This document shows, piece by piece, positions 7,413 through 16,095 of a stretch of DNA of 34,137 bases. The notes under the pieces were generated by a model, which saw only the letters and a list, made by a program, of their open reading frames with translations, was not told the origin of the DNA and ran no database searches. The position numbers were made by a program, and so were the translations under genes. Positions within the stretch are counted from its first letter, which is position 1. Every line of letters starts with the position of its first letter. The DNA comes from a virus (Duplodnaviria; Caudoviricetes): positions 1-34,137 of IMG/VR virus record IMGVR_UViG_3300044675_004382. One strand, written 5' to 3'.

Positions 7413-9908
7413 ATGATTAAAGCAGCCAACTATTACGCAAAGCAAGGATTCTCCGTTATACCAATCGGGGAAAACAAACGCGCAGTCTTTCCTTGGACGG
7501 AGTTTCAAACCAGCATCATGAGTGATGCAACTATTAAGGCCCAATTCAACAATGAAAGGTGCAAGAACATTGCCATAATAGGTGGCGGTGTTTCCGGAGG
7601 CCTAGAAATTATTGACGTGGATCTTAAGTACGATGTAAGCGGAAACCTTTGGTCGCGCTTACAAGAAGCACTTGCCGACCTTATGCCATTACTTTACGTG
7701 GTGCAAACTAAGTCCGGCGGGTACCATCTTTACTACCGATGCGAAGAGGTTGAGGGTAACCAAAAACTTGCCATGCGCCACGCTACCAAAGAAGAACTTA
7801 AAGAAACACCACACTCCAAAGAAATAGTTTTAATAGAAACTAGAGGCGAGGGCGGTTATGTATTAGCACCGCCAAGCGAAGGTTATACTAAGCAAAAGGA
7901 GTTTAGTGTTAATGTTATTACGATTGAGCAACGCGAATCAATACTATCTATTTGCCGTAGTTTCAACGAAGTGATCAAAGAGGTGCGCCAGCAAGTAGTG
8001 GCCGACAATGATAACTTTGCCGTGACTCCGTGGGATGACTACAACGCAAAGTGCGATGTGGTAGCCCTACTAGAAAAATACGGCTGGACATGGATTGAAC
8101 GCCGTGGCGAACGCGACTACCTTAAAAGACCTGGGAAAACGGACTCACACATTTCGGCCGATTATCATAGTGGCCTTGGCTTGTTTAAAGTATTTAGCAC
8201 CAGCACCGAGTTTGAAACCGGCAAAGGCTACAAGCCATTTGCTATTTATGCAACGCTTGAACATAACGGAAACTTTAGCGAAGCCGCTAAGCAACTAATT
8301 AAAGATGGATTTGGTGAGCAACGCAATAGAGTCAATGGTAATATCAAAAAAGACTTTGTAGCTAAAAAAGATGAAGGCATCGACAATGATAACATAGCAG
8401 CGTTCATAAGTCAAAAACATAAGCTTGACATTAAGAAAGCTAAAAAATTAGTTGAAGACCTAGACAATGATAACGATACACAACTAAACACATTTTGGAA
8501 TGTGGTCAAAGGTGTTATAAATATTGATAGGTATAAACTTATAAATGTTTTAACTAGCGAAGGTGGGTTTTATCTTTACTATTACGATAAAAAACTAAAC
8601 TACCAACTGGTGCGCATAGTTGACAACTTTGTAAGCGAGACCAACATGGAGCAAGTCAAGAAGTTTGTTATTAATTATATTGATGCACTACCCTACGAAA
8701 ACTTTGACGGCATTAATAAAGCCAAGCTGCGTGAAGTAATTTATAAAGGTGCCGACGCATATTTTAATAAAGGACTATTTGAGTTTATGCCTAATATAGA
8801 CCTTAAGCTTTTAAAACATACTAAAGACTCGGCCTACTTCCCGTTCCTTAACGGCGTGGTGCATGTAACTAAAGACAAAAAAGAATTATTAAAATACGGA
8901 TCTATTAATATGCACGTGTGGAAGGATCAAGTCATACAATATAAAATAGATGTCGACCAAGACTTAGACTATGAGAACGTACAATACACTAAATTCATTA
9001 ATAAAATTAGCGATAGCAATAGCCAACGAGAGGCCTACGCAATCAGCCTCATCGGGTACTTGCTCCATACTTATAAAGATCCGACGAAGTCCTATGCCGT
9101 TATCCTCGCCGAAGAAACCGAAGACGAAAGTGCTGGTGGAGGTGCGGGTAAGGGATTATTCTTTAAAGCAATAGGCAAGCTTATAAACGTTGTAAGTATT
9201 GACGGCAAGAACTTTAAGCTAGATAAGTCCTTTGCATTTCAAAGAGTTGAGTTAAGCACCCAGTTAATTATCATTGAGGACTGTCGCAAGAACGTAGACT
9301 TTGAAGGATTTTATAGCAAGATAACCGAGGGCGTAACCATAGAAAAAAAGAACAAAGACGAGGTTTATATATCTTACGAGGACTCCCCAAAGTTTGGGTT
9401 TACTACAAACTATACTATTAACTATTCTGGTGGGCATGGTAAGCGTCGCGTTAAGGTAATAGAGTTTAGTTCGTTCTTTAACCATCGCAATACACCGCTT
9501 GACTTCTTTGGTGGCAAGGCATTGTTTAACGACTGGGATAAAGACGAATGGAACCGATTTTATAACTATATGATTGAGTGCGTGCAAATATACCTAGATG
9601 CCGGAATACCCGCCCTAGATAATAGCGAAACCATTAATCGTAAGAATATTAAGCTTAACTTTGGCGAAGACTTCCTGGACTATTTTGACGCCCTAGAGCG
9701 TGACAAATGGCTAGACTTTAGTAACGAGTACCTTAACTTTTTGAATACTAACGACATGGATAAGAAAGATTTTAGCAAGGTAAAGTTTAAAAAAGCACTT
9801 AAAACAAGTGCCGAGTTATACGCCGGAAGCTTCACCACATTAAGAAACCATCAAAATAACATGAAAAGTGAGTTTAAAATTATACTTGGATCCGATAGCA
9901 GCTTTTGA
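7413..9908 (+). CDS. Bifunctional primase-polymerase fused to a P-loop helicase
   Basis: N-terminal Prim-Pol (GFSVIP, IDVD, TKSGGYHLYY, RGEGGYVLAPPS); C-terminal GGAGKG Walker A, IIED Walker B, FTTN motif C. Confidence 0.9.
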   Translation: MIKAANYYAKQGFSVIPIGENKRAVFPWTEFQTSIMSDATIKAQFNNERCKNIAIIGGGVSGGLEIIDVDLKYDVSGNLWSRLQEALADLMPLLYVVQTKSGGYHLYYRCEEVEGNQKLAMRHATKEELKETPHSKEIVLIETRGEGGYVLAPPSEGYTKQKEFSVNVITIEQRESILSICRSFNEVIKEVRQQVVADNDNFAVTPWDDYNAKCDVVALLEKYGWTWIERRGERDYLKRPGKTDSHISADYHSGLGLFKVFSTSTEFETGKGYKPFAIYATLEHNGNFSEAAKQLIKDGFGEQRNRVNGNIKKDFVAKKDEGIDNDNIAAFISQKHKLDIKKAKKLVEDLDNDNDTQLNTFWNVVKGVINIDRYKLINVLTSEGGFYLYYYDKKLNYQLVRIVDNFVSETNMEQVKKFVINYIDALPYENFDGINKAKLREVIYKGADAYFNKGLFEFMPNIDLKLLKHTKDSAYFPFLNGVVHVTKDKKELLKYGSINMHVWKDQVIQYKIDVDQDLDYENVQYTKFINKISDSNSQREAYAISLIGYLLHTYKDPTKSYAVILAEETEDESAGGGAGKGLFFKAIGKLINVVSIDGKNFKLDKSFAFQRVELSTQLIIIEDCRKNVDFEGFYSKITEGVTIEKKNKDEVYISYEDSPKFGFTTNYTINYSGGHGKRRVKVIEFSSFFNHRNTPLDFFGGKALFNDWDKDEWNRFYNYMIECVQIYLDAGIPALDNSETINRKNIKLNFGEDFLDYFDALERDKWLDFSNEYLNFLNTNDMDKKDFSKVKFKKALKTSAELYAGSFTTLRNHQNNMKSEFKIILGSDSSF

Positions 9909-9996
9909 GAAATGGCTAAAAGTTAACCCAAAAGGGGGTATATTTGTATGGAAAGGGCAAAAGTTTAAGATTTCTAACAAAAGTTACACGAATTAA
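9868..9996 (+). CDS. Possible small protein (42 aa, GTG start; not in ORF track)
   Basis: MSLKLYLDPIAAFEKWLKVNPKGGIFVWKGQKFKISNKSYTN; overlaps the end of the primase gene. Confidence 0.4.
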   Translation: MSLKLYLDPIAAFEKWLKVNPKGGIFVWKGQKFKISNKSYTN

Positions 9997-10137
9997 CACG
10001 AGTTGCTTTTGGTTTATAATCAATGTAGGCTTAGCTATAACACGAGTTACATACTTTTTATTACTTTTTAAGGGGGGGGGGGGTAAAAAAATAAAGAAAA
10101 GTATATAGGTAAGAATAAAACGCTAAAAAGCGTGTAA
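9984..10137. repeat. Iteron-like repeats plus G12 tract, candidate replication origin
   Basis: TTACACGAATT 9984, TAACACGAGTT 9994 and 10038, inverted CGTGTAA 10131, tandem TACTTTTTA x2 (10052, 10062), G12 at 10072-10083. Confidence 0.6.
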
Positions 10138-10142
10138 ATTTG
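10135..10142 (+). promoter_or_regulatory. Host-type -7 promoter element for the sigma gene
   Basis: TAAATTTG fits TAnnTTTG, ending 5 nt before ATG 10148. Confidence 0.5.
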
Positions 10143-10147
10143 TGATA

Positions 10148-10669
10148 ATGGATAAAAACCAAATAATAGAATTTGTCTACATGCATCCGGATATTAACCG
10201 GCTAATCAATTTAGTCGATCCAGAGCATTTAAGAGACGATTTAAGGCAAGAAATGGCTTTGGCCTTACTATCTATTCCAGAAGAAAAGATAAGCGAAATT
10301 TGGGCTTCTAATGGCTTAATAGGATTTAGTATTAAAATAATTACTAATATGGCATTTAGTAGCACTTCACCATTTTATAAGAAGTTCCGCAAGAATGACT
10401 ACCAAAAAGCCCTAGAATATTACCGCAGCCAAATTAAACTACCAGAATTAAATACTAACTTTGCTAACATAGCTAAAAAACATTTAGCCAATAAATACCA
10501 AGAAGACGAATTACAAGCACACGAAGCCATATTATTCACCAAGTACGTAGAACTAAGAAGCTGCAAAAAAGTAGCGGACTTTTACACCATACCCGAAAAA
10601 CATGTTAAAGACATAATCCGTAAAACAAAACTTGAATTAAAGAACCTTTGCTTAAACCAAAATAAATAA
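10148..10669 (+). CDS. Phage sigma70/ECF-like late transcription factor
   Basis: Region 2-like DDLRQEMALALL; region 4-like HTH SCKKVADFYTIPEKHVKDIIRKTK; positioned at the early/late junction. Confidence 0.72.
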   Translation: MDKNQIIEFVYMHPDINRLINLVDPEHLRDDLRQEMALALLSIPEEKISEIWASNGLIGFSIKIITNMAFSSTSPFYKKFRKNDYQKALEYYRSQIKLPELNTNFANIAKKHLANKYQEDELQAHEAILFTKYVELRSCKKVADFYTIPEKHVKDIIRKTKLELKNLCLNQNK

Positions 10670-10670
10670 T

Positions 10671-10910
10671 ATGATAACCATTGCACTAGCGGCTTTTTTC
10701 TTTGCTTATTACTTTGTGGAAGTGGCGCGGATAATTTACTTTATTAAAAAGGTATGGCAAATCCCGTTTGAAAAAAGGATCAAGCCTTTTGACTGCGTGA
10801 CATGCTTAAGCGTTTGGATGGCGGTGGTATTTTATTTCTTGCCGTTTGAGTTGGTGCAATTTATTTGTGTTATATTTGGTGCGGGATTCCTAGGACAAAA
10901 AATTAAATAA
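10671..10910 (+). CDS. Small membrane protein with CxxC (DUF1360-like)
   Basis: Hydrophobic helices around KPFDCVTCLSVW. Confidence 0.7.
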   Translation: MITIALAAFFFAYYFVEVARIIYFIKKVWQIPFEKRIKPFDCVTCLSVWMAVVFYFLPFELVQFICVIFGAGFLGQKIK

Positions 10911-10912
10911 TT

Positions 10913-11146
10913 ATGCAGCCAGTAGTACTACCGATACTTTGCCACAATAGCGATACCATTTTATTTAGCGAACTAGGTGTTGATTATAAATTTACGGATT
11001 TAGAAGAAGTTGAGTTTATATTTTTTAACATAGACTTTGCGTGTGGTAATATTAAGCAAGGCAAAGAGTACACCGAAATTGTGTGCGATGGCGAAGCCTA
11101 TGTAGTTAACTTACCTTTTACAGAGTTTAAACAATTATTTATATGA
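10913..11146 (+). CDS. Hypothetical acidic protein
   Basis: ATG ORF tightly packed in the operon. Confidence 0.7.
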   Translation: MQPVVLPILCHNSDTILFSELGVDYKFTDLEEVEFIFFNIDFACGNIKQGKEYTEIVCDGEAYVVNLPFTEFKQLFI

Positions 11147-11340
11147 TTAATCTATTGCATAGATTACTTTTTTTAATTTTACTAATACCTTTGGGTTTTT
11201 TATTAATATTTGAAATTGTAATTAAATTATTCATTCAATTTATTAAATGGGTAATATTTGGAAATTTTAATGATGACTTTATTTTAAATCTTTATACTAT
11301 GAAAATAATAGATATATTTAACTTTGATAAATTTTTATAA
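11143..11340 (+). CDS. Hydrophobic membrane protein, very AT-rich
   Basis: ATGA and TAATG overlaps with neighbours; long hydrophobic N-terminus. Confidence 0.6.
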   Translation: MINLLHRLLFLILLIPLGFLLIFEIVIKLFIQFIKWVIFGNFNDDFILNLYTMKIIDIFNFDKFL

Positions 11341-11465
11341 TGGCAAAAGCAAAAACAAGCGACGCCCGAAAGGTTACCTTTGGCAAACGCAAAACCGGAA
11401 GGGCAAAGAAAAGCTACAACAAGCATTCACCTAAACCAAAAGATTATCGTGGACAAGGCAGATAA
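11340..11465 (+). CDS. Small basic protein ending YRGQGR (41 aa; not in ORF track)
   Basis: MAKAKTSDARKVTFGKRKTGRAKKSYNKHSPKPKDYRGQGR; TAATG coupling; this C-terminus recurs among aquatic phage small proteins. Confidence 0.8.
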   Translation: MAKAKTSDARKVTFGKRKTGRAKKSYNKHSPKPKDYRGQGR

Positions 11466-12474
11466 CATAATACAAGTACTAGGCATAACGCAAAAGGTAA
11501 GCGGGTGCGGGTGGCATAGGGTTATGCTACCTTTGGCATTTATGCCCGATGCTTACAACCATATTTGCAACGTACCAACCGAAGAAATACTTAAAGAGCG
11601 TGGCTTTGATTTATTGCTTTACAATAGATTTAGTCCTTTTGACAATGCATGGAAAGAAACCAAGAAGCACTTTAAAGTTGTAATGGACTTAGACGATGAC
11701 TGGGAGCTACCATACAACCATCCTTTATTCCCATTCTATGAGCCACAAAAGAAGCGCGTTGTAAATAACATTTTTAACGCGGACTTGGTTACTTGCACCA
11801 ACGAACGCATTGCCGATAAGGTAAGCAAATACAATAAAAACATTTTGGTATTACCTAACTGTATTCCACTAGGCGAACAACAATACACCGAGTTTAGACA
11901 CGATAGCGATAACGTGCGCATCTTTTGGGCGGGCGGTAGTACACACATGGACGATATTAAAATACTTAACGGCCCATTCAAACGTTTAATAGGCATGAAA
12001 GGTATTGAGTTAGTCCTGGGCGGTTATACCGACACCGACGAGAATAGTAAATATTATTGGGATAAGTTATGGCACCTATTTACCAACGGCGGACGCATAC
12101 CAAATAGAAAGCTAAACGGAACCTTGCCGAATGAATACATGACCCACTATGAACACGCCGACATTATGGTAATACCTTTAGAGGATAGCCCATGGCATGC
12201 TTGTAAAAGTAACCTTAAAATTCTTGAGGCGGCAAGCAAACGCATTGCCGTAATATGTAGCGACGTTGAACCTTACAACAAAGACAAAGACGCACCAGTG
12301 CTTTGGGTTAAAAAGCAAGGCGACTGGTTTAAGCACATACATTTTTTAGTTAACAATCCGCAAGAAAGGATCCGCATGGGTAATGACCTTTACGAGTGGG
12401 CAAAAACAAAATACAACTATGAGTCAATTGGAGCCACTAGACGCCAAGCATTTGGCGACCTTATTAAAGCATAA
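11380..12474 (+). CDS. GT-B (GT4-like) glycosyltransferase; start uncertain (TTG 11380 or ATA 11467)
   Basis: SGCGWHR, MDLDDDW, FWAGGSTH, ADIMVIPL, KSNLKILEAA...ICSDVEPY. Confidence 0.85.
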   Translation: MANAKPEGQRKATTSIHLNQKIIVDKADNIIQVLGITQKVSGCGWHRVMLPLAFMPDAYNHICNVPTEEILKERGFDLLLYNRFSPFDNAWKETKKHFKVVMDLDDDWELPYNHPLFPFYEPQKKRVVNNIFNADLVTCTNERIADKVSKYNKNILVLPNCIPLGEQQYTEFRHDSDNVRIFWAGGSTHMDDIKILNGPFKRLIGMKGIELVLGGYTDTDENSKYYWDKLWHLFTNGGRIPNRKLNGTLPNEYMTHYEHADIMVIPLEDSPWHACKSNLKILEAASKRIAVICSDVEPYNKDKDAPVLWVKKQGDWFKHIHFLVNNPQERIRMGNDLYEWAKTKYNYESIGATRRQAFGDLIKA

Positions 12475-12661
12475 ACACTTTTACGACTTGTTTAAAACAA
12501 GCGGCGAACTTGTAGGTTTTACGCATGAAATACAAAACGAACTTTTAGAAGTCATGCGCACTAAAGACCCACTTTACCAATACAACGGGCGCTGCGGTGC
12601 TTGCGTAGGAAACTTTTTAGCTAACGTTTATAATACATTCAATGAGCAACTTCATTCATAA
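12419..12661 (+). CDS. Hypothetical protein with CxxC
   Basis: CGAC near the C-terminus; ATG 12419 chosen as the likelier start. Confidence 0.65.
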   Translation: MSQLEPLDAKHLATLLKHKHFYDLFKTSGELVGFTHEIQNELLEVMRTKDPLYQYNGRCGACVGNFLANVYNTFNEQLHS

Positions 12662-13127
12662 AACTGCAATAGTAGGGCCAAACGTAACCCTTGGCGACAA
12701 TGTTTATATTGGGCCTTATTGTGTAATAGGCGAACCAGCCGAGCATAAGTTATTTTGGAAGGCACCAATAGGCGAAGTAGTAATTGGTGACGACTGCGTA
12801 ATAACGGGCCACGTAACTATTGACGCCGGCACTATTGATAAAACAATTATAGGCGCCGGAACTTGGATGCTAAAGCATAGCCACGTCGGGCATGACTGCA
12901 TTATAGGTAATAACGTGACAATAAGCTGCGGCGCAAAGATAGGCGGACATACTAGGATTGGTAATGGGTGTAATATAGGGCTTAACGCGGTGATTCATCA
13001 AAAGCAAGTAATTGCGCCAGGATGCATGATTGGTATGGGTGCCGTAGTTACACGTAAGCTTTATACTACGCACGCTACTAAGTATGCCGGCAACCCAGCA
13101 AAGGAAATAGGTAAAAACATAGTGTAA
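12642..13127 (+). CDS. Hexapeptide-repeat (LpxA-like) acyl/acetyltransferase
   Basis: Left-handed beta-helix repeats (IGPYCV, IGDDCV, IGNNVT, IGNGCN); HVGHDC resembles the LpxA catalytic His motif; YAGNPAK. Confidence 0.88.
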   Translation: MSNFIHKTAIVGPNVTLGDNVYIGPYCVIGEPAEHKLFWKAPIGEVVIGDDCVITGHVTIDAGTIDKTIIGAGTWMLKHSHVGHDCIIGNNVTISCGAKIGGHTRIGNGCNIGLNAVIHQKQVIAPGCMIGMGAVVTRKLYTTHATKYAGNPAKEIGKNIV

Positions 13128-13750
13128 TGAAAGTACTAATAGCCGGTCTTGCATACGGGAATAGGCCAAAAAATATTTTAAACGATAACCTAACTAAAGC
13201 GGGTTACCCTTATACTTATATTGAAATAAACACCGAAGGCATTGCCAACGCTATGAACGAAGCTATTGACATAGCCGGAGTTGATGGCTACAATGCCATT
13301 GCTTATTTGGCGAACGATATAATCGAGCCGGATAATTGGCTAGCAAAAAAGGTTGAGGCCTTGCAAACATATCCCAGCGCGGGCATTGTTTCTAGTAGTT
13401 TAGATCAAGTTAGGTTTACAATACAATGCGAGCATATTATTTGCAACTGGCTTTTAAGCATGGACGTAGTTGACAAGATAGGCATCTTTAACGAGTCGAT
13501 GTTTCCTTATGGGCCAATAGACCTGGACTACTGCGAGCGGGCCAACCTAGCGGGTTTTAATACTTACTATGTAAAGGAATGCCAAGCATTTCATCAAGGG
13601 AGCCACGCCACCGGTAATGAATACGGATGGGATAAAGGCGCTTTAATTGACAAATATTGGAAACAACACGTTGAGGATGTTTACTTATACCGCAACGGAT
13701 TAAAAGATTTAAAACATGGAAATAAGAGAACACGTGACAAGAAAGTTTAA
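13127..13750 (+). CDS. GT-A (GT2-like) glycosyltransferase
   Basis: GIANAMN, YLANDI, VVDKIGIFNE...YGPIDLDYCERA..AGF. Confidence 0.78.
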   Translation: MKVLIAGLAYGNRPKNILNDNLTKAGYPYTYIEINTEGIANAMNEAIDIAGVDGYNAIAYLANDIIEPDNWLAKKVEALQTYPSAGIVSSSLDQVRFTIQCEHIICNWLLSMDVVDKIGIFNESMFPYGPIDLDYCERANLAGFNTYYVKECQAFHQGSHATGNEYGWDKGALIDKYWKQHVEDVYLYRNGLKDLKHGNKRTRDKKV

Positions 13751-14144
13751 AGACATAGACGAAGAAAAACTTATGGACTTAGCCTTTGCCTATTGCGATA
13801 ATTGCATGGAAGGACAAAAGCAAGTGGCAACCGGTAGCGGTAAGATTGTAGAAATACGCGACCGCTTTGTGCCAACGATTGATTATTTCCTGGATCATTG
13901 GTTGCGTAAGCATGACTTTGAGTTTTATACAAAGATGGGTTTATGGAAGGTAAGGCAAGACCCTACGCACCCTTATCATGAGGTGGCTAATAGAATTGTA
14001 TTTATGTTTAAGTCTTTGGCTATTGATATTGTAGCCAACGAAGGCAAAGCTATTTTCTACGCAAAGAATGCCCTAGGCATGACCGACCGCGCACAAACCG
14101 AGAACACAAACATAGATACGATTACAATAAGGTATGAATCTTAA
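13716..14144 (+). CDS. terS: Putative terminase small subunit
   Basis: Directly upstream of and overlapping terL; AIFYAKNALGMTD C-terminal motif. Confidence 0.7.
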   Translation: MEIREHVTRKFKDIDEEKLMDLAFAYCDNCMEGQKQVATGSGKIVEIRDRFVPTIDYFLDHWLRKHDFEFYTKMGLWKVRQDPTHPYHEVANRIVFMFKSLAIDIVANEGKAIFYAKNALGMTDRAQTENTNIDTITIRYES

Positions 14145-15300
14145 TATAGATTTAAAAAAGCCACACCCAGCACAAAAGCAAGTATTGGATAGCGATGCTC
14201 GTTTTAGGGTTATGATGTGCGGGCGACGTTTTGGCAAAAGTTTAATTAGTCAAAACATATCTATTGAAACCGGAATTAAAAGGCAACATGTAGCTTATAT
14301 TACGCCAACGTATCAACTAGGCAAAATGTTCTTTAAGGAAATATGTAAGCTATTGCCGGATAAGATTTTTAAAAAGAACGAGACCGATTTACTTATCGAC
14401 TTTGTAACCGGTGGCTCGGTTAGGTTTTATACCGGCGAGCGCTTAGACGCAATGCGTGGTACTAAGTTCCATTTGGTTATAATAGACGAGGCCTCATACA
14501 TACCTAACCTAGAAGAGGGATGGAATAATTCCATAAGACCTACCTTGACCGACTACAAAGGCAAGGCTATATTTTTAAGCACGCCACGTGGCAAGAACTA
14601 TTTTTATAGCTTGTTTATGCGTGGCGGTGAGCCGGACTGGCAAAGCTTTAAATTCTCAACTTACGACAACCCACACATAGACGCCTCGGAAATTGATGCC
14701 GCTGCGGCGCAATTGCCGGCGGTAGTATTCAAGCAAGAATACATGGCCGATCCTATGGAGAATGCCGCCAACCCTTTTGGCTCCGAGTTTATTAATGCAT
14801 GCACCAAAGAAACGCAAGGCATGGCTGCTTACTATGGTATTGACTTAGCTAAGTCCGTCGATTGGACTGTTATTATAGGCATGGACAAGCAAGGCAACGT
14901 GGTACATTTTGAGCGCTTTCAAAAAGACTGGATGCAAACCAAAGAGACAATATTAAGGCTACCTAAGAACCTACCGATAGTAATTGATAGCACCGGCGTA
15001 GGTGACGCCATTGTAGAAGACCTACAAAAGAAGTTTAACCAGATGCATGGCTTTAAGTTTACTAGCGTAAGCAAGCAGCAATTGCTTGAGGGCTTAAGCA
15101 GCGCAATACAAACTAAGGCGATAAGTTATCCGGATGGCCCGATTAAACAAGAACTAGAAGTCTTTGAGTACACCTTTACACCTACGGGCGTAAGATACTC
15201 GGCACCGCAAGGCTTTCATGATGACTGCGTTATAGCCTTGGCCTTGGCTAATAAGTGCCGTGTTGAGCATAAACAAGTAGGTAAGTACCACGTTATTTAA
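14134..15300 (+). CDS. terL: Terminase large subunit
   Basis: GRRFGKS Walker A, IIDEA Walker B, STPRG, GIDLA and HDDCV nuclease motifs. Confidence 0.95.
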   Translation: MNLNIDLKKPHPAQKQVLDSDARFRVMMCGRRFGKSLISQNISIETGIKRQHVAYITPTYQLGKMFFKEICKLLPDKIFKKNETDLLIDFVTGGSVRFYTGERLDAMRGTKFHLVIIDEASYIPNLEEGWNNSIRPTLTDYKGKAIFLSTPRGKNYFYSLFMRGGEPDWQSFKFSTYDNPHIDASEIDAAAAQLPAVVFKQEYMADPMENAANPFGSEFINACTKETQGMAAYYGIDLAKSVDWTVIIGMDKQGNVVHFERFQKDWMQTKETILRLPKNLPIVIDSTGVGDAIVEDLQKKFNQMHGFKFTSVSKQQLLEGLSSAIQTKAISYPDGPIKQELEVFEYTFTPTGVRYSAPQGFHDDCVIALALANKCRVEHKQVGKYHVI

Positions 15301-15313
15301 AAAGTATATTTAT
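15283..15313 (+). promoter_or_regulatory. Putative late promoter 1
   Basis: AAGTAC-N17-ATATTTAT, 6 nt before ATG 15320. Confidence 0.6.
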
Positions 15314-15319
15314 AATAGT

Positions 15320-15958
15320 ATGAAGCTAACAATTGACAAATTCCAAAGGCTGCAAGCCATTGCCACGCTAGATAGCGAGGAAATAGAAAAGGCAAGCCGT
15401 TTAGTGCAAGTATTGCTTGAAAAAAGCGAAGCCGAAGTAGACGCTATGCCTTTAAAAAAGTTTGCTAAACTTTGTGATAAGCTAAAAAAAGCATTTGATT
15501 TAACAATAGACGCGGCTACAATGAGCAAGCCTAAAAGTATTATTGTGGCAAATGGTAACGTCTATAATTTAAACTTTGACATAAAGCCTCCGTTTAACAC
15601 TGGGCGATATATTGAGGTTTTAACTTTTAGCAAGGATGATCCTATTATGAACATGCATAATATCTTGGCTAGTATTTGTACGCCTATGCGTTGGAGCTGG
15701 CGTAAGTTTAACTATGTTAAAACCGAATACGATGCGCTAAAGCATGAAGACTACGCCGAAGATATGAAGCAAGCAGATTTTAGACATGGATACTATGCAA
15801 TGGTTTTTTTTTATTCGTTATTAACCAATTCAACGGGAGGTACCATGGACTCTTTAATAGCGCAGATGAACTTGAGGAAGGTGAACAAAAAAAGAGTCTT
15901 ACAATTGAAGAAGGTTTTGCAGACAATTGGGGCTGGGTCTACAACGCAAAACAAGTAA
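15320..15958 (+). CDS. Tail assembly chaperone (gpG-like), unshifted product
   Basis: Contains a GTT TTT TTT slippery run at 15803-15812 with an open, protein-like -1 frame. Confidence 0.65.
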   Translation: MKLTIDKFQRLQAIATLDSEEIEKASRLVQVLLEKSEAEVDAMPLKKFAKLCDKLKKAFDLTIDAATMSKPKSIIVANGNVYNLNFDIKPPFNTGRYIEVLTFSKDDPIMNMHNILASICTPMRWSWRKFNYVKTEYDALKHEDYAEDMKQADFRHGYYAMVFFYSLLTNSTGGTMDSLIAQMNLRKVNKKRVLQLKKVLQTIGAGSTTQNK

Positions 15959-16095
15959 GCGAGTTTGAAGCAATTGCACTAGATGCGGTTTATGAATTAC
16001 CGGTAGTGCAATTTTTGAACGATTTAAGTTATTTAAAAAGTAAAAGGCAACTAGATGAGCATCAATATAAACAAAGCACAAGCGGACTTTCTTAG
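15811..16095 (+). CDS. -1 frameshift extension (gpGT-like) of the tail chaperone
   Basis: ATG-less 94-codon frame LFVINQFNGRYHGLF...FADNWGWVY...QFLNDLSYLKSK..., filling the gap to the next gene. Confidence 0.7.
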   Translation, partial: LFVINQFNGRYHGLFNSADELEEGEQKKSLTIEEGFADNWGWVYNAKQVSEFEAIALDAVYELPVVQFLNDLSYLKSKRQLDEHQYKQSTSGLS

